Origin: Acidimicrobiia bacterium
GTDB taxonomy: Bacteria; Actinomycetota; Acidimicrobiia; IMCC26256; JAENVU01
NCBI GenBank assembly: GCA_031430375.1
Contig: JANPBJ010000144.1
Span: forward strand, 4,264-68,263
Length of the DNA stretch: 64,000 nt
Direction of reading: 5' to 3'
Under the pieces are notes generated by a model, which did no database searches, was not told the origin of the DNA, and saw only the letters and a list, made by a program, of their open reading frames with translations. Position numbers and translations under genes: made by a program. Positions 1 through 9,000 of this stretch are shown in pieces (position 1 is the first letter of the stretch; the number at the start of each line of letters is the position of its first letter).

Positions 1-578
1 CGCACACGTTCCCAAGCGCGGGCAGCTATCCGGTCACCCTCACCGTCGACAACGGCTTCGGCACCAACAGCATCACCAAGAGCGTCGTCGTCACCTCGGT
101 GCCTCCCACCACATCCTTCAACGCCGTTGCCGACACCTACGCAACACTCGATAGCCCGACCACGGTGTACGGCAACCAGACCGCGATGCACGGGAAGCTC
201 ACCGGCACCAACGAGAAGCGCCCCTACGTGAAGTTCAACGTCGCCGGATTGCAGGGGCATGCGGTGACCTCCGCCAAGCTCCGGCTGTTCGTGGCCGACG
301 CGAGTCCGAGCGGTGGCGACTGGTATTCGGTCAACCCGAACTGGATCGAGACCGGCGCGGGCGCCCTCACCTGGAACACCGCGCCGCTGATCACGGGCAC
401 CAAGCTCGGCACGATCGGGATTTGCACTGCGGGCACGTGGGTCGAGGTCGACGTGACCACGGCAGTGACCGCCGAAGGCCTGGTGAGCTTCGCCATGAAG
501 ACCACCGCCAGTGACACCGTCTACTTCGCGAGCCGCGAGACCGTCACCGCACCACAGCTCATTCTGACAGTCTCGTAA
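1..578 (+). CDS. Secreted protein, 3' part (5' end outside window): end of a PKD domain followed by a DNRLRE/CBM-like C-terminal domain
   Basis: Frame open from base 3. HTFPSAGSYPVTLTVDNGFGTNSITKSVVV reads as a PKD-domain C-terminus. The following ~159 aa (KRPYVKFNV..AKLRLFV..WNTAP) resemble DNRLRE-type domains. TAA stop at 576-578. Confidence 0.6.
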   Translation, partial: HTFPSAGSYPVTLTVDNGFGTNSITKSVVVTSVPPTTSFNAVADTYATLDSPTTVYGNQTAMHGKLTGTNEKRPYVKFNVAGLQGHAVTSAKLRLFVADASPSGGDWYSVNPNWIETGAGALTWNTAPLITGTKLGTIGICTAGTWVEVDVTTAVTAEGLVSFAMKTTASDTVYFASRETVTAPQLILTVS

Positions 579-604
579 CCGCACACAAACTGACAAACGT
601 TGGA

Positions 605-630
605 GCGTGAGCGGCGCTGCGCTCTCACGC
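605..630. terminator. Stem-loop between convergent genes (possible bidirectional terminator)
   Basis: GCGTGAG (605-611) pairs with CTCACGC (624-630) across a 12-nt loop. It lies in the gap between the + stop (578) and the - stop (652). No U-tract. Confidence 0.3.
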
Positions 631-651
631 GTGGGATCGCGCCAATGCCGG

Positions 652-1365
652 TCAGCGCCCGGCGAAGGCTCGATCGGCGGCAACGGCGGCTTCGAGCTTG
701 GCAATACGGGCGCCCCGCACCTGAGTGACTTGGCCCGCATAGGTGGCCCCCGGGAGCGCGGCCCACACCGTGGCTGCGGCCTGGGCGGCATCGTCGAGCT
801 CCTCCGGTGCCACCACTACATCGAAATAGCCCGCGTCACGCGCACCCGCCGGTCCGTACATCCGTGCGCCGACGACCGCGGTCTGGAAATGACGCTTGCT
901 CAGCCGCTCTTCCGCGAACTCGATCGCCCAGCGCGGGAGCACCATGCCGATCTGCGTTTCGATGAGCCCGATGCGAAACGCACCGTCGGCCCCAATGCGT
1001 TCGTCCGCCGCGAGACACAACAAGGCGCCCGCGGCCACCGCGTGCCCGGGACACGCCACCACCACGGGCAACCCGGACGCATAGATGCGTGTGAACAGCG
1101 CGCCACCCTGAGACACCAGCTCCACCATTCCCTTGGCGTCGCCGGACTTCATCACGGAGAGGTCGAACCCGCCGGTCAGGAACCCCGGCTTGCCGGTGAT
1201 GCACAATGCGCCGACCGCCGCGTCCGCTTCGGCAAGGGTCAGGCACCGGTCGAGCGCGGTGAGCACTTCGACCGACAATGCGTTCGCCTTCCCATGGTTC
1301 AGCCGCGCCCACGCGACGTTGTCGCGTACCTCGTAGCCAACGAACTCACTGCCGCTCTCCGTCAT
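652..1365 (-). CDS. Enoyl-CoA hydratase/isomerase (crotonase) family protein
   Basis: 237-aa ORF. Crotonase-like layout (NHGKANAL.., ITGKPGFLTGGFDL, VVVACPGHAVAAGALLCLAADERI). Confidence 0.8.
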   Translation of the reverse strand: MTESGSEFVGYEVRDNVAWARLNHGKANALSVEVLTALDRCLTLAEADAAVGALCITGKPGFLTGGFDLSVMKSGDAKGMVELVSQGGALFTRIYASGLPVVVACPGHAVAAGALLCLAADERIGADGAFRIGLIETQIGMVLPRWAIEFAEERLSKRHFQTAVVGARMYGPAGARDAGYFDVVVAPEELDDAAQAAATVWAALPGATYAGQVTQVRGARIAKLEAAVAADRAFAGR

Positions 1366-1420
1366 CTCAAGTCCTCATTGCTCGTGTCGGTGGAGGTGCC
1401 ACGATACGCGGCGCCGTAGG

Positions 1421-1681
1421 TCAGCCGCCCGACAGTGCCGCCATGATGGTGATCACGTCGGCATCCGAAACGGCAGTCTCGAGGTCACGCACCGACTCGT
1501 CGTTGACGAAGACCTTCATGTGGCGCCGCAACTGATTCTGCTCGTCCACCATTCGAAATCGCAGTCCAGGGAACTGCCTGTCCACGTGGAACAAGACCTC
1601 GGCGACCGTATGACCATCGGCGTCGAGTACGGCTCGTTGGTCCGTATACGAGCGCAACGGAGTCGGGATCCGGACCAACAT
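1421..1681 (-). CDS. MoaD/ThiS-family ubiquitin-like beta-grasp protein with C-terminal Gly-Gly
   Basis: 86 aa from ATG 1681 (MLVRIPTPLRSY...), ending AALSGG-stop. Starts 7 nt after the upstream gene's TGA. The ORF-track N-terminal extension overlaps the upstream gene and was trimmed. Confidence 0.75.
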   Translation of the reverse strand: MLVRIPTPLRSYTDQRAVLDADGHTVAEVLFHVDRQFPGLRFRMVDEQNQLRRHMKVFVNDESVRDLETAVSDADVITIMAALSGG

Positions 1682-1688
1682 TACGACC

Positions 1689-2858
1689 TCACGAAAGCGG
1701 AACGCCGGGCTCGACGGCGTAGATCTCCGGCAGGTGCGCGACCAACGCGCCCCACGAGGCACCTTCGTCGCGGCTCGACCACACCTCTCCGCCCGTCGTC
1801 CCGAAATACACGCCGGCTGGGTCTCCGTCGTCCACTGTCATGGCCTGGCGTTTCACCGTGAGCCAGCCGCGCTCGGGAAGACCACGCTCGAGGCGTGTCC
1901 ACGACTCCCCACCGTCGCGGGTGATGTAGACGGCTGGCCGACCATCCGGGCTCGTACGCGGCCAGACATCGGTGCCATCCATCGGGAATACCCAGGCGAT
2001 GTCGGGATCGCGCGGATGCAACTCGATCGGGAATCCGATGTCACCGATGGCGTTCGGCATGTTGTCACCGATGCGCGTCCAGGTGTGCTCCGGCCGATCG
2101 AGGCGATAGATCCCACAATGATTCTGCTGATACAGCCGGTCCGGCCGCAATGGATGCATACGAATGCAGTGCGGGTCGTGGAAGAAGTTGGGACCCACCT
2201 CCGGCGTAAAGACCGTCGCGAGTCCGTCGTTGCGGGGCGTCCACTCGCCGCCGCGGTCGGTGCTCTCGAACACACCACCCGCCGACATGCCGAGGTACAG
2301 ATGAGCGGGATCGCGTGGGTCGACGATCAGCGAATGGAGCAACGATCCGTCTGGTGTGTTCTCCTCGGGCCACTCGGCCCAAGTGGTCCACTCCGGGTGG
2401 TCATTCCAGCCCGAAACCGGTGCCCAGGTGTCGCCACCGTCTTCGCTGCGAAACAGACCTTGCGGCGATCCGCCCGCGTACCAAACGCCCGGCTCGCTCG
2501 CGTGCCCTGGGGTCAGCCAGAAGACCGTACGCAGACTCCTCGCCAACGCTTCGTCCGTGGTGAATGCGGGTGGACGAGCAGCTTCGGTCCAGGTGGCCCC
2601 GAGGTCATGAGAGCGAAACACTGTCGGTCCGAGATGCCCGGTGCTCACCCCCGCCACGAGGGTTCGCTGATCACGAGGATCCAACACCACGTGCGTGACG
2701 ATGTGACCGAGGAATGCCGGCTCCGAAATCCACCAATCGTCTCGGGCAGCATTCGCCGCCAACATCCAGAGGCCCTTCCGGGTTCCAACCAGGAGACGGG
2801 GAGCAACCTCCGATGGTCGGGCACGGGAACTTCCGGAGAGCGGCGACCACTCGTTCAC
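1689..2858 (-). CDS. BNR/Asp-box repeat beta-propeller protein (sialidase-like/Ycf48-like fold), function unknown
   Basis: Five Asp-box motifs (SHDLGATW, SEDGGDTW, STDRGGEW, TRDGGESW, SRDEGASW). GTG 2858 overlaps the upstream TGA as GTGA. Confidence 0.75.
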   Translation of the reverse strand: MNEWSPLSGSSRARPSEVAPRLLVGTRKGLWMLAANAARDDWWISEPAFLGHIVTHVVLDPRDQRTLVAGVSTGHLGPTVFRSHDLGATWTEAARPPAFTTDEALARSLRTVFWLTPGHASEPGVWYAGGSPQGLFRSEDGGDTWAPVSGWNDHPEWTTWAEWPEENTPDGSLLHSLIVDPRDPAHLYLGMSAGGVFESTDRGGEWTPRNDGLATVFTPEVGPNFFHDPHCIRMHPLRPDRLYQQNHCGIYRLDRPEHTWTRIGDNMPNAIGDIGFPIELHPRDPDIAWVFPMDGTDVWPRTSPDGRPAVYITRDGGESWTRLERGLPERGWLTVKRQAMTVDDGDPAGVYFGTTGGEVWSSRDEGASWGALVAHLPEIYAVEPGVPLS

Positions 2859-4807
2859 GGGATCGATCCTAGAACTGCGGCGGGCGAGCTCAACACATAG
2901 TCGGCCTGATCGGGCGCGCGCGTGCGCTGCCAGAACTCGAGGAGCGAAAACGGCCAGTTCTGCGTGACCCGTCCCGACGCGTTCTTGTACCACGTGTTCA
3001 CGCTCGCCGCGCCCCAGGCCATCTGCGAGTTGGCGGCGTCGACGGCATCGTTGTAACGGTCATGCACCTCGGCGCGCACGTGCATCGCGCCCGCCCCGCT
3101 CGCCAACAGCATGTGCACGCTCTCGGTGATGTAGCGCGCCTCGCACTCGGAGAAGTAGATGATGCTGCCGTTGATGACGATGTTCGTATTCGGGCCATAC
3201 ATGAGAAACAGGTTCGGAAACTCCGGAATGGTCATCCCGAGGTACGCGCGTGCCTCACCGTCCCAGGTTTCGTGGAGGTCCACGCCGCCGATTCCGTGCA
3301 CCGCCATCGGCGTCAGAAAGCTCGACGCTTGGAAACCGGTGCCGTAGATGATGACGTCGAACGCATGGTCAGTACCATCGGCCATCCGCACCCCGGTCGC
3401 AGTGATCGCGCCAATCGAGCCGACATCGAGCGAGACCGTCTCACGCGTGAACGTACGCGCCCAGATCCCGTTGTCGCGCACGAACCGTTTCGCGAACGGC
3501 GGGTACTTCGGCAGCACTTTGTCGAACAGCTCCGCGTCGAAGAACTGGGTCCGGTAGTAAGCGGTGAAGACTTCGCGCACCATGTCGTTCATGAAGCTGA
3601 CCGACTCGGTCGACTCCCAACTCTCGTCCACTGCGGCCATCGGCACCAGCACCTCGTGCGAACGCCAGAAGATCCACACACGGTCCCAATGCGCAAATGT
3701 GGGGACGTGATCGAGCAGCCAGCGCATGCCGTCGGGCAGGTCGTCGTGATAGTTCGGTGTCTCCAACAACCATGGCGGTGTGCGCTGGAAGACCGTGAGC
3801 GACGCGGCAGTCTCGGCCACCGCGGGAATGAACTGCGCCGCGCTCGCCCCCGTGCCAATGATCGCCACTCGTTTACCCGCAAGTGCCACCGAAGCATCCC
3901 AGCGCGCCGAGTGAAAGGACTCGCCGCCGAAATCGGCTACGCCAGGGATGTCCGGCATCTTGGGCCGGTTCAACTGGCCAACGGCGCTCACCAGCGCGTG
4001 AGCCTCGACCGTCTCGGTCGTCCCATCGGGCCCTCGAACGTCGATGCGCCACAGTTGGAGTTCGTCGCTCCATGTGGCATCAACGACTTCGGTCTCGAAA
4101 CGGACGTGGTCGCGGATCCCGAACTCGTCGGCACAGGCGCGGAAGTAGTCGAGCAAGACGCCTTGGGTCGAGAAGTGCTGCGGCCATTCGCTCGTCTGCG
4201 CGAAGGAGTAGCTGTAGAAGTGGTTCGGTACGTCGACCCGACACCCCGGGTACCGGTTCTCCAGCCAGGTCCCGCCCACATCTGCGTTCTTCTCGAATAT
4301 CACGTACGGCACACCCGCTTGATCCAGTCGGTGCGCGGTCGCGATGCCCGACATGCCCGCGCCCACGATCGCCACGCGGAACTCGCGGCCCGGCGCGACA
4401 TCGGCGGCGCGCCAGTCCGGTGCACGCAGGTCCACACCATCGAGCGCGAGCTCTTCGGTCATCAGTTCTACATAGTCGTCTTCGATCGCCCGACCGGCGA
4501 AGAACTCCAGCATTCGCCGGAGCGCGGCGGGGTCCGGCGCGCGGGCCGGTACGCACCCCGCGTCGCGGTACCGACCGAGCGCCTCGGCCGCTAGTTGCCG
4601 GGCGGTGGCGGCCATCTCGGGCGTGATGCCCGCGGTGGGATCGAACGACTCGGACGCGCTCGGCGCCAGATCGGCCCGCAAAATTGAAAGGTCACCTGTG
4701 AGGCCGGCCACCGCGGCCAAGAGCGGCGGGGTTTCAACCTCCGCGATTGCCGCCAGAATTGCCTCATTGGACTCAGTGATCGCTACCGGTGACGGGTTCA
4801 GACGCAT
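2855..4807 (-). CDS. Type I Baeyer-Villiger (flavin-containing) monooxygenase with ~150-aa N-terminal extension
   Basis: 650 aa. GAGMSG and GTGASA dinucleotide-binding motifs. BVMO fingerprint FxGxxxHxxxW[PD] present as FGGESFHSARWD. Confidence 0.85.
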   Translation of the reverse strand: MRLNPSPVAITESNEAILAAIAEVETPPLLAAVAGLTGDLSILRADLAPSASESFDPTAGITPEMAATARQLAAEALGRYRDAGCVPARAPDPAALRRMLEFFAGRAIEDDYVELMTEELALDGVDLRAPDWRAADVAPGREFRVAIVGAGMSGIATAHRLDQAGVPYVIFEKNADVGGTWLENRYPGCRVDVPNHFYSYSFAQTSEWPQHFSTQGVLLDYFRACADEFGIRDHVRFETEVVDATWSDELQLWRIDVRGPDGTTETVEAHALVSAVGQLNRPKMPDIPGVADFGGESFHSARWDASVALAGKRVAIIGTGASAAQFIPAVAETAASLTVFQRTPPWLLETPNYHDDLPDGMRWLLDHVPTFAHWDRVWIFWRSHEVLVPMAAVDESWESTESVSFMNDMVREVFTAYYRTQFFDAELFDKVLPKYPPFAKRFVRDNGIWARTFTRETVSLDVGSIGAITATGVRMADGTDHAFDVIIYGTGFQASSFLTPMAVHGIGGVDLHETWDGEARAYLGMTIPEFPNLFLMYGPNTNIVINGSIIYFSECEARYITESVHMLLASGAGAMHVRAEVHDRYNDAVDAANSQMAWGAASVNTWYKNASGRVTQNWPFSLLEFWQRTRAPDQADYVLSSPAAVLGSIP

Positions 4808-4864
4808 AGTAAAACGAGTCTCACACGCGCCGGTCCCGGCGGTCGCCCCGATGAGCCCCGTGAC

Positions 4865-5554
4865 TCATGAACCAACCACCAACGCCGGGCCGTCCATACG
4901 GTCGATGGTCGTGAAGGATTCCACTGGTGCCCGAGTCAAATTCGTGAACGTGCGCGCGGGGTGGCCGAGCGCCACCAACGCGGCCAAAGCATGGCCCGTC
5001 GGCGCGCCGAGCAGCTCCAGCGCTTCGGACTCCCGGCGGATCGCCATGGTGGTGATCACCCCGCCGAGATCGTGGTCACGCGCCGCGAGGAGAATGCTCC
5101 AGGCGAACGGGTACACCGACGCGGCTCCGGCGAAGGTATACCGCCCCAGGTCCCGGTCGACCGCGGCCAGCGCCCCCAGGTCCACGAGAATCGCGAGAAG
5201 AACGGGGACCCGGTCGAGCTGTTCAGCAAAGCCGTCGGAAGCGGCGCTCTGCTGCACCGCCGCCGCACCTTCGATCGCCGCGGCTTCAACTTCGCGATCC
5301 GCCAGCGGCGACCACGGCGTGAGTCCGGCTGCGCGTTGGGCCAGGTACTCATACCAACCGTCGAGGTACAGGTCGCGCAGGCCGGCACGAATATCGGGAT
5401 CCTTTACGACGACGACCTGCCAGCCTTGGCGGTTGCCACCGCTCGGCGCGAACCGTGCGGCGTCGAGCACGGCGGCAATCGCCACATCGTCGACCGGCGA
5501 ATCGGTGAAATCACGAATCGCGCCAGTAGTGGTGAGGGCGGAAATCAGTTCCAT
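4865..5554 (-). CDS. Nitroreductase family protein
   Basis: 229 aa. AIRDFTDSPV.., RFAPSGGNRQGW typical of the nitroreductase fold. Confidence 0.8.
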   Translation of the reverse strand: MELISALTTTGAIRDFTDSPVDDVAIAAVLDAARFAPSGGNRQGWQVVVVKDPDIRAGLRDLYLDGWYEYLAQRAAGLTPWSPLADREVEAAAIEGAAAVQQSAASDGFAEQLDRVPVLLAILVDLGALAAVDRDLGRYTFAGAASVYPFAWSILLAARDHDLGGVITTMAIRRESEALELLGAPTGHALAALVALGHPARTFTNLTRAPVESFTTIDRMDGPALVVGS

Positions 5555-5654
5555 CCGCTCACGCTACGACGGGTTGCCCGCCATCAACGGCCTCGGTGAC
5601 GTCGGCGAGGCACACAACATGACGGCGCGGCCCGGCCCGTCGTAGCCTCCGCGG

Positions 5655-6071
5655 ATGGATGCAAGCCTGCGAGTTCGACGCGACGCGGTCATCAGAGACC
5701 ACATGGACTCAGAGAACCGTTTGGATTTCGAGGCGACGCTCGCCACGTTCGACCATCCTCGGTACGAACTCATCGCCACCGGGCAGGTCTTCGATGGCGC
5801 GGAGGACGTCATGGGCTATTACATGGCGAGCCGGGCGGCATTCCCCGATCAACGCAACGAGATCCACACGATGCGCCACGCCGACGATGCAGTGATCGTC
5901 GAGTTCGATCTGCTCGGCACGCACTCCGGAGAATTCCTCGGCGTCGCCCCCACCGGCAAGACCTTCCGGGCGCGCATGGCCGCGATCTTCGAGTTCGCGG
6001 ATGATCGGATCGTGTGCGAACGGATCTACTTCGATTCGGGCACGATCTTGCGCCAACTCGGCATCACCTGA
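5655..6071 (+). CDS. SnoaL-like/ester cyclase (NTF2-fold) protein
   Basis: 138 aa. FPDQRNEIH...GTHSGEFLGVAPTGKTF matches the ester-cyclase family pattern. Confidence 0.7.
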   Translation: MDASLRVRRDAVIRDHMDSENRLDFEATLATFDHPRYELIATGQVFDGAEDVMGYYMASRAAFPDQRNEIHTMRHADDAVIVEFDLLGTHSGEFLGVAPTGKTFRARMAAIFEFADDRIVCERIYFDSGTILRQLGIT

Positions 6072-6088
6072 CGCCGCGCCTTCTCCCT

Positions 6089-9000
6089 ATGGTCACTGCG
6101 TCCGCTCAACGTCGATCGCTGGCACCGTTCCTACCTCGTCTCACGATCGAGTGGGCTCGGGATCGCAGTGGCCCATCGTGGAAAATGGTGGACGGCTCGC
6201 TCCTCTTCGTGGACATCTCGGGTTTCACCAAGATGTCGGAGCGCCTCGCTCGTCACGGAAACCTCGGCGCGGAGGAAGTGACCGACGCAGTAGAGATCTG
6301 CTTCGGCGCGCTACTGGCGCTTGCGTACACCGCGGGCGGGAGCCTGCTCAAATTCGGTGGGGACGCGCTCCTCATTCTGTTCACGGGCGAGGACCACCCG
6401 ACCCGCGCCGCAACCTCGGCGTTGACCATGCACGAACGGCTTCGCCATGTGGGCAAGATCGAGACCAGTGCCGGCCGGGTCACGCTGCGCATGTCGGCTG
6501 GTGTGCACACCGGGACGTTCGGCTGTTTCCTCGTGGGCGAAACCCACAAGGAGCTGATCCTCGCGGGACCCGACGTGAGCACGGTGACCCAAATGGAGGG
6601 CGCAGCCCGCGCCGGCCAGACCCTCGTGAGTGATGCGACCGCCGCCGCGATCGACGCACGCCTGATCGGCCCGCGTCAGGGCCCGGGTCATCGGCTTCGC
6701 CGAGTGGCCGTCCGCCTCCCCGAAGACCCGGCACCGCGCTCACTGAATGCGGACCAGCTCGACCTCGACGAATACCTCCCGGTCGCGATCCGTCAGCACG
6801 TGCTCGCCGGTGGCGGCGACCCCGAGCACCGTCAGGTGTGCATCGCCTTCTGCCATTTCGATGGGACCGACGAACTGCTGCGTACTGCCGGTCCCGAGGC
6901 CGTGGCCATCGCGCTCGACGGGCTCCTCCGCATTGTGCAACGGGAGGTGGATCGAGCGGGCGTCACCTTCCTCGCCACCGACGTGGACCAGGACGGCGGC
7001 AAGATCATCCTCGCGTCGGGCGTACCCGCGTCGACCGGCCAGGATGTCGACAACCTCCTGGCCGCCGTCCGCCGGATCGCCGATACCGACCTCCCCCTTC
7101 CCCTACGGATCGGCGTTCATCGCGGTGCCGTGTTCGCGGGTGAGGTGGGACCCACGTATCGACGCACGTTCACGGTGATGGGCGACACCGTGAACCTGAC
7201 CGCACGGTTGATGGCCCGCGCCGCGCCGGGCGAAATCGTGGCCAGCCCCGAGATTCTGAACCGGGCTCGCACCCATTTCGACACCACTCCACTCGAACCG
7301 TTCATGGTGAAAGGCAAGCGGCGGCCGGTTGAGGCATCCACCCTCGGCACAACGCAACGCCGAGAAACGCGGACCGCCGTGGTCCTTCCCCTCGTGGGCC
7401 GCGCCGCGGAGCTCGCCACGTTTCACGAGTACCTCGACGCCGTGCGCCACGGCAAGGGTCGCGCTATCGAACTCGTTGGCCCGGCCGGGATCGGCAAGTC
7501 CCGCCTCATCGAGGAACTCCGCCGCCTCGCGATCGATCTCCCGGTACTCGGCATCGCGTGTGATCCGTATGAAGCAACGAGCCCGTACGCGGCGGTCTGG
7601 TGGTTACTCCACGATGTGCTCGCCCAGCCCCCTACCGCGGAGAGCGAGGTCGTGGCCGATGCTCTCGCCCAAGCAGTGGCGTGGCACACACCGGAACTTG
7701 AACCCTGGCTTCCGTTCCTGGGCGTGCCGCTCGACCTCGACCTCCCGCCCACGCCGGAAGTTGCGGCGATCGCGCCCGAGTTCGTGCCGGACAAAGTCCG
7801 CGAAGTCACGGCCACCTTCCTCAACGCGGTCCTCCCACCGTCGGTCGTGGTCATCATCGAAGACGCGCACTGGATCGACGACGCATCGAGCCTCGTGCTC
7901 GATCAGATCATCCGGGCCATCCCCGAGCGACCCGCGTTGGTGTGTCTCACCCGCCGCGTGGATGCCGCCGGATATCACCTGGTTGACCGCAGCCACACCC
8001 GGTCGATGCTCCTCGAACCACTCAGCACCGAAGACGCAACCCGCGCGCTGATCGCCGCGACCGACGACTCCCCACTCCGCGCTGAAGACATTGCCCTTCT
8101 CGCCGAGCGCGCGGCCGGCAATCCCCTCTTCCTCGAGGAGCTGCTCGAAACCCTGCGCCACGGCGGGGACGTTTCTGAGCTCCCCGATTCGGTCGACGCG
8201 CTCGTGACCGCGCAGATCGATCGTCTCCACCCAGAACTGCGAGCGTTGGTACGAGTGGCGTCCGTCCTGGGTCAGAGCTTTTTGCTGGACGAACTGGCTG
8301 CGCTCATTACCGACGACCTCCCGCCCCCCGACCACGACGTATGGGAAGAACTGAAGGGGATTCTGACCTTCACGGGACCCGGGGCACTGCGGTTTCGCCA
8401 CGCCCTCGTACGCGACGCCGCGTATCACGAGCTGCCGTTCCGACGTCGCCGCGAGCTACACGCGCGGGCCGGTGATGCAATCGCCGGGCCCCTCGGCGAC
8501 CACCCCGAGTCCGAAGCCGAACTGCTCTCGCTCCACTACTTCCACGCGCAGCGCTACGACGACGCCTGGCGGTTCGCCCGGGTGGCAGCCGGACGGGCAA
8601 TCGCGAAATACGCGAACATCGAAGCCGCCGAACTGCTCGAACGCGCCATCAATGCGGCGCGTCGTGGCGCTGACGTGGTCGCCCTCGACCTCGCCCAGGC
8701 GTGGGACGAGCTCGGCGAAGCGCGCGAGCGCGCCGGCATCTACGACGCAGCGCTCGTGGCGTTTCGCGCCAGCCGTCGGCTGCACGGTCCCGATCCCGTT
8801 GCCGCCGCGCGAATCCTGCTCAAAGAAGCCTGGATCGCCGAGCGCACCGGGCGAACGTCCGAGGGAGTCCGCGCGGTTCGGCGCGGACTCAAGATCCTTG
8901 CGGCCGAGGAAACGGGCCCGGCGATTCGCGTGCGCGTCCAGCTTCGCGCTTGGTACGCCACGATCCGCCAAGCCCAAGGCCGATCCCAAGAAGCGGTGAC

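Noticed and set aside
3062-4594. 510-aa + strand ORF, with the similar cases 15134-16564 (-), 44696-46270 (-) and 62509-63753 (+)
   Set aside because: Each lies opposite a gene with recognisable family signatures (BVMO, secreted protein/glpD, acyl-CoA synthetase, glmS-like/glmM). Each encodes Arg/Pro/Gly-rich sequence.
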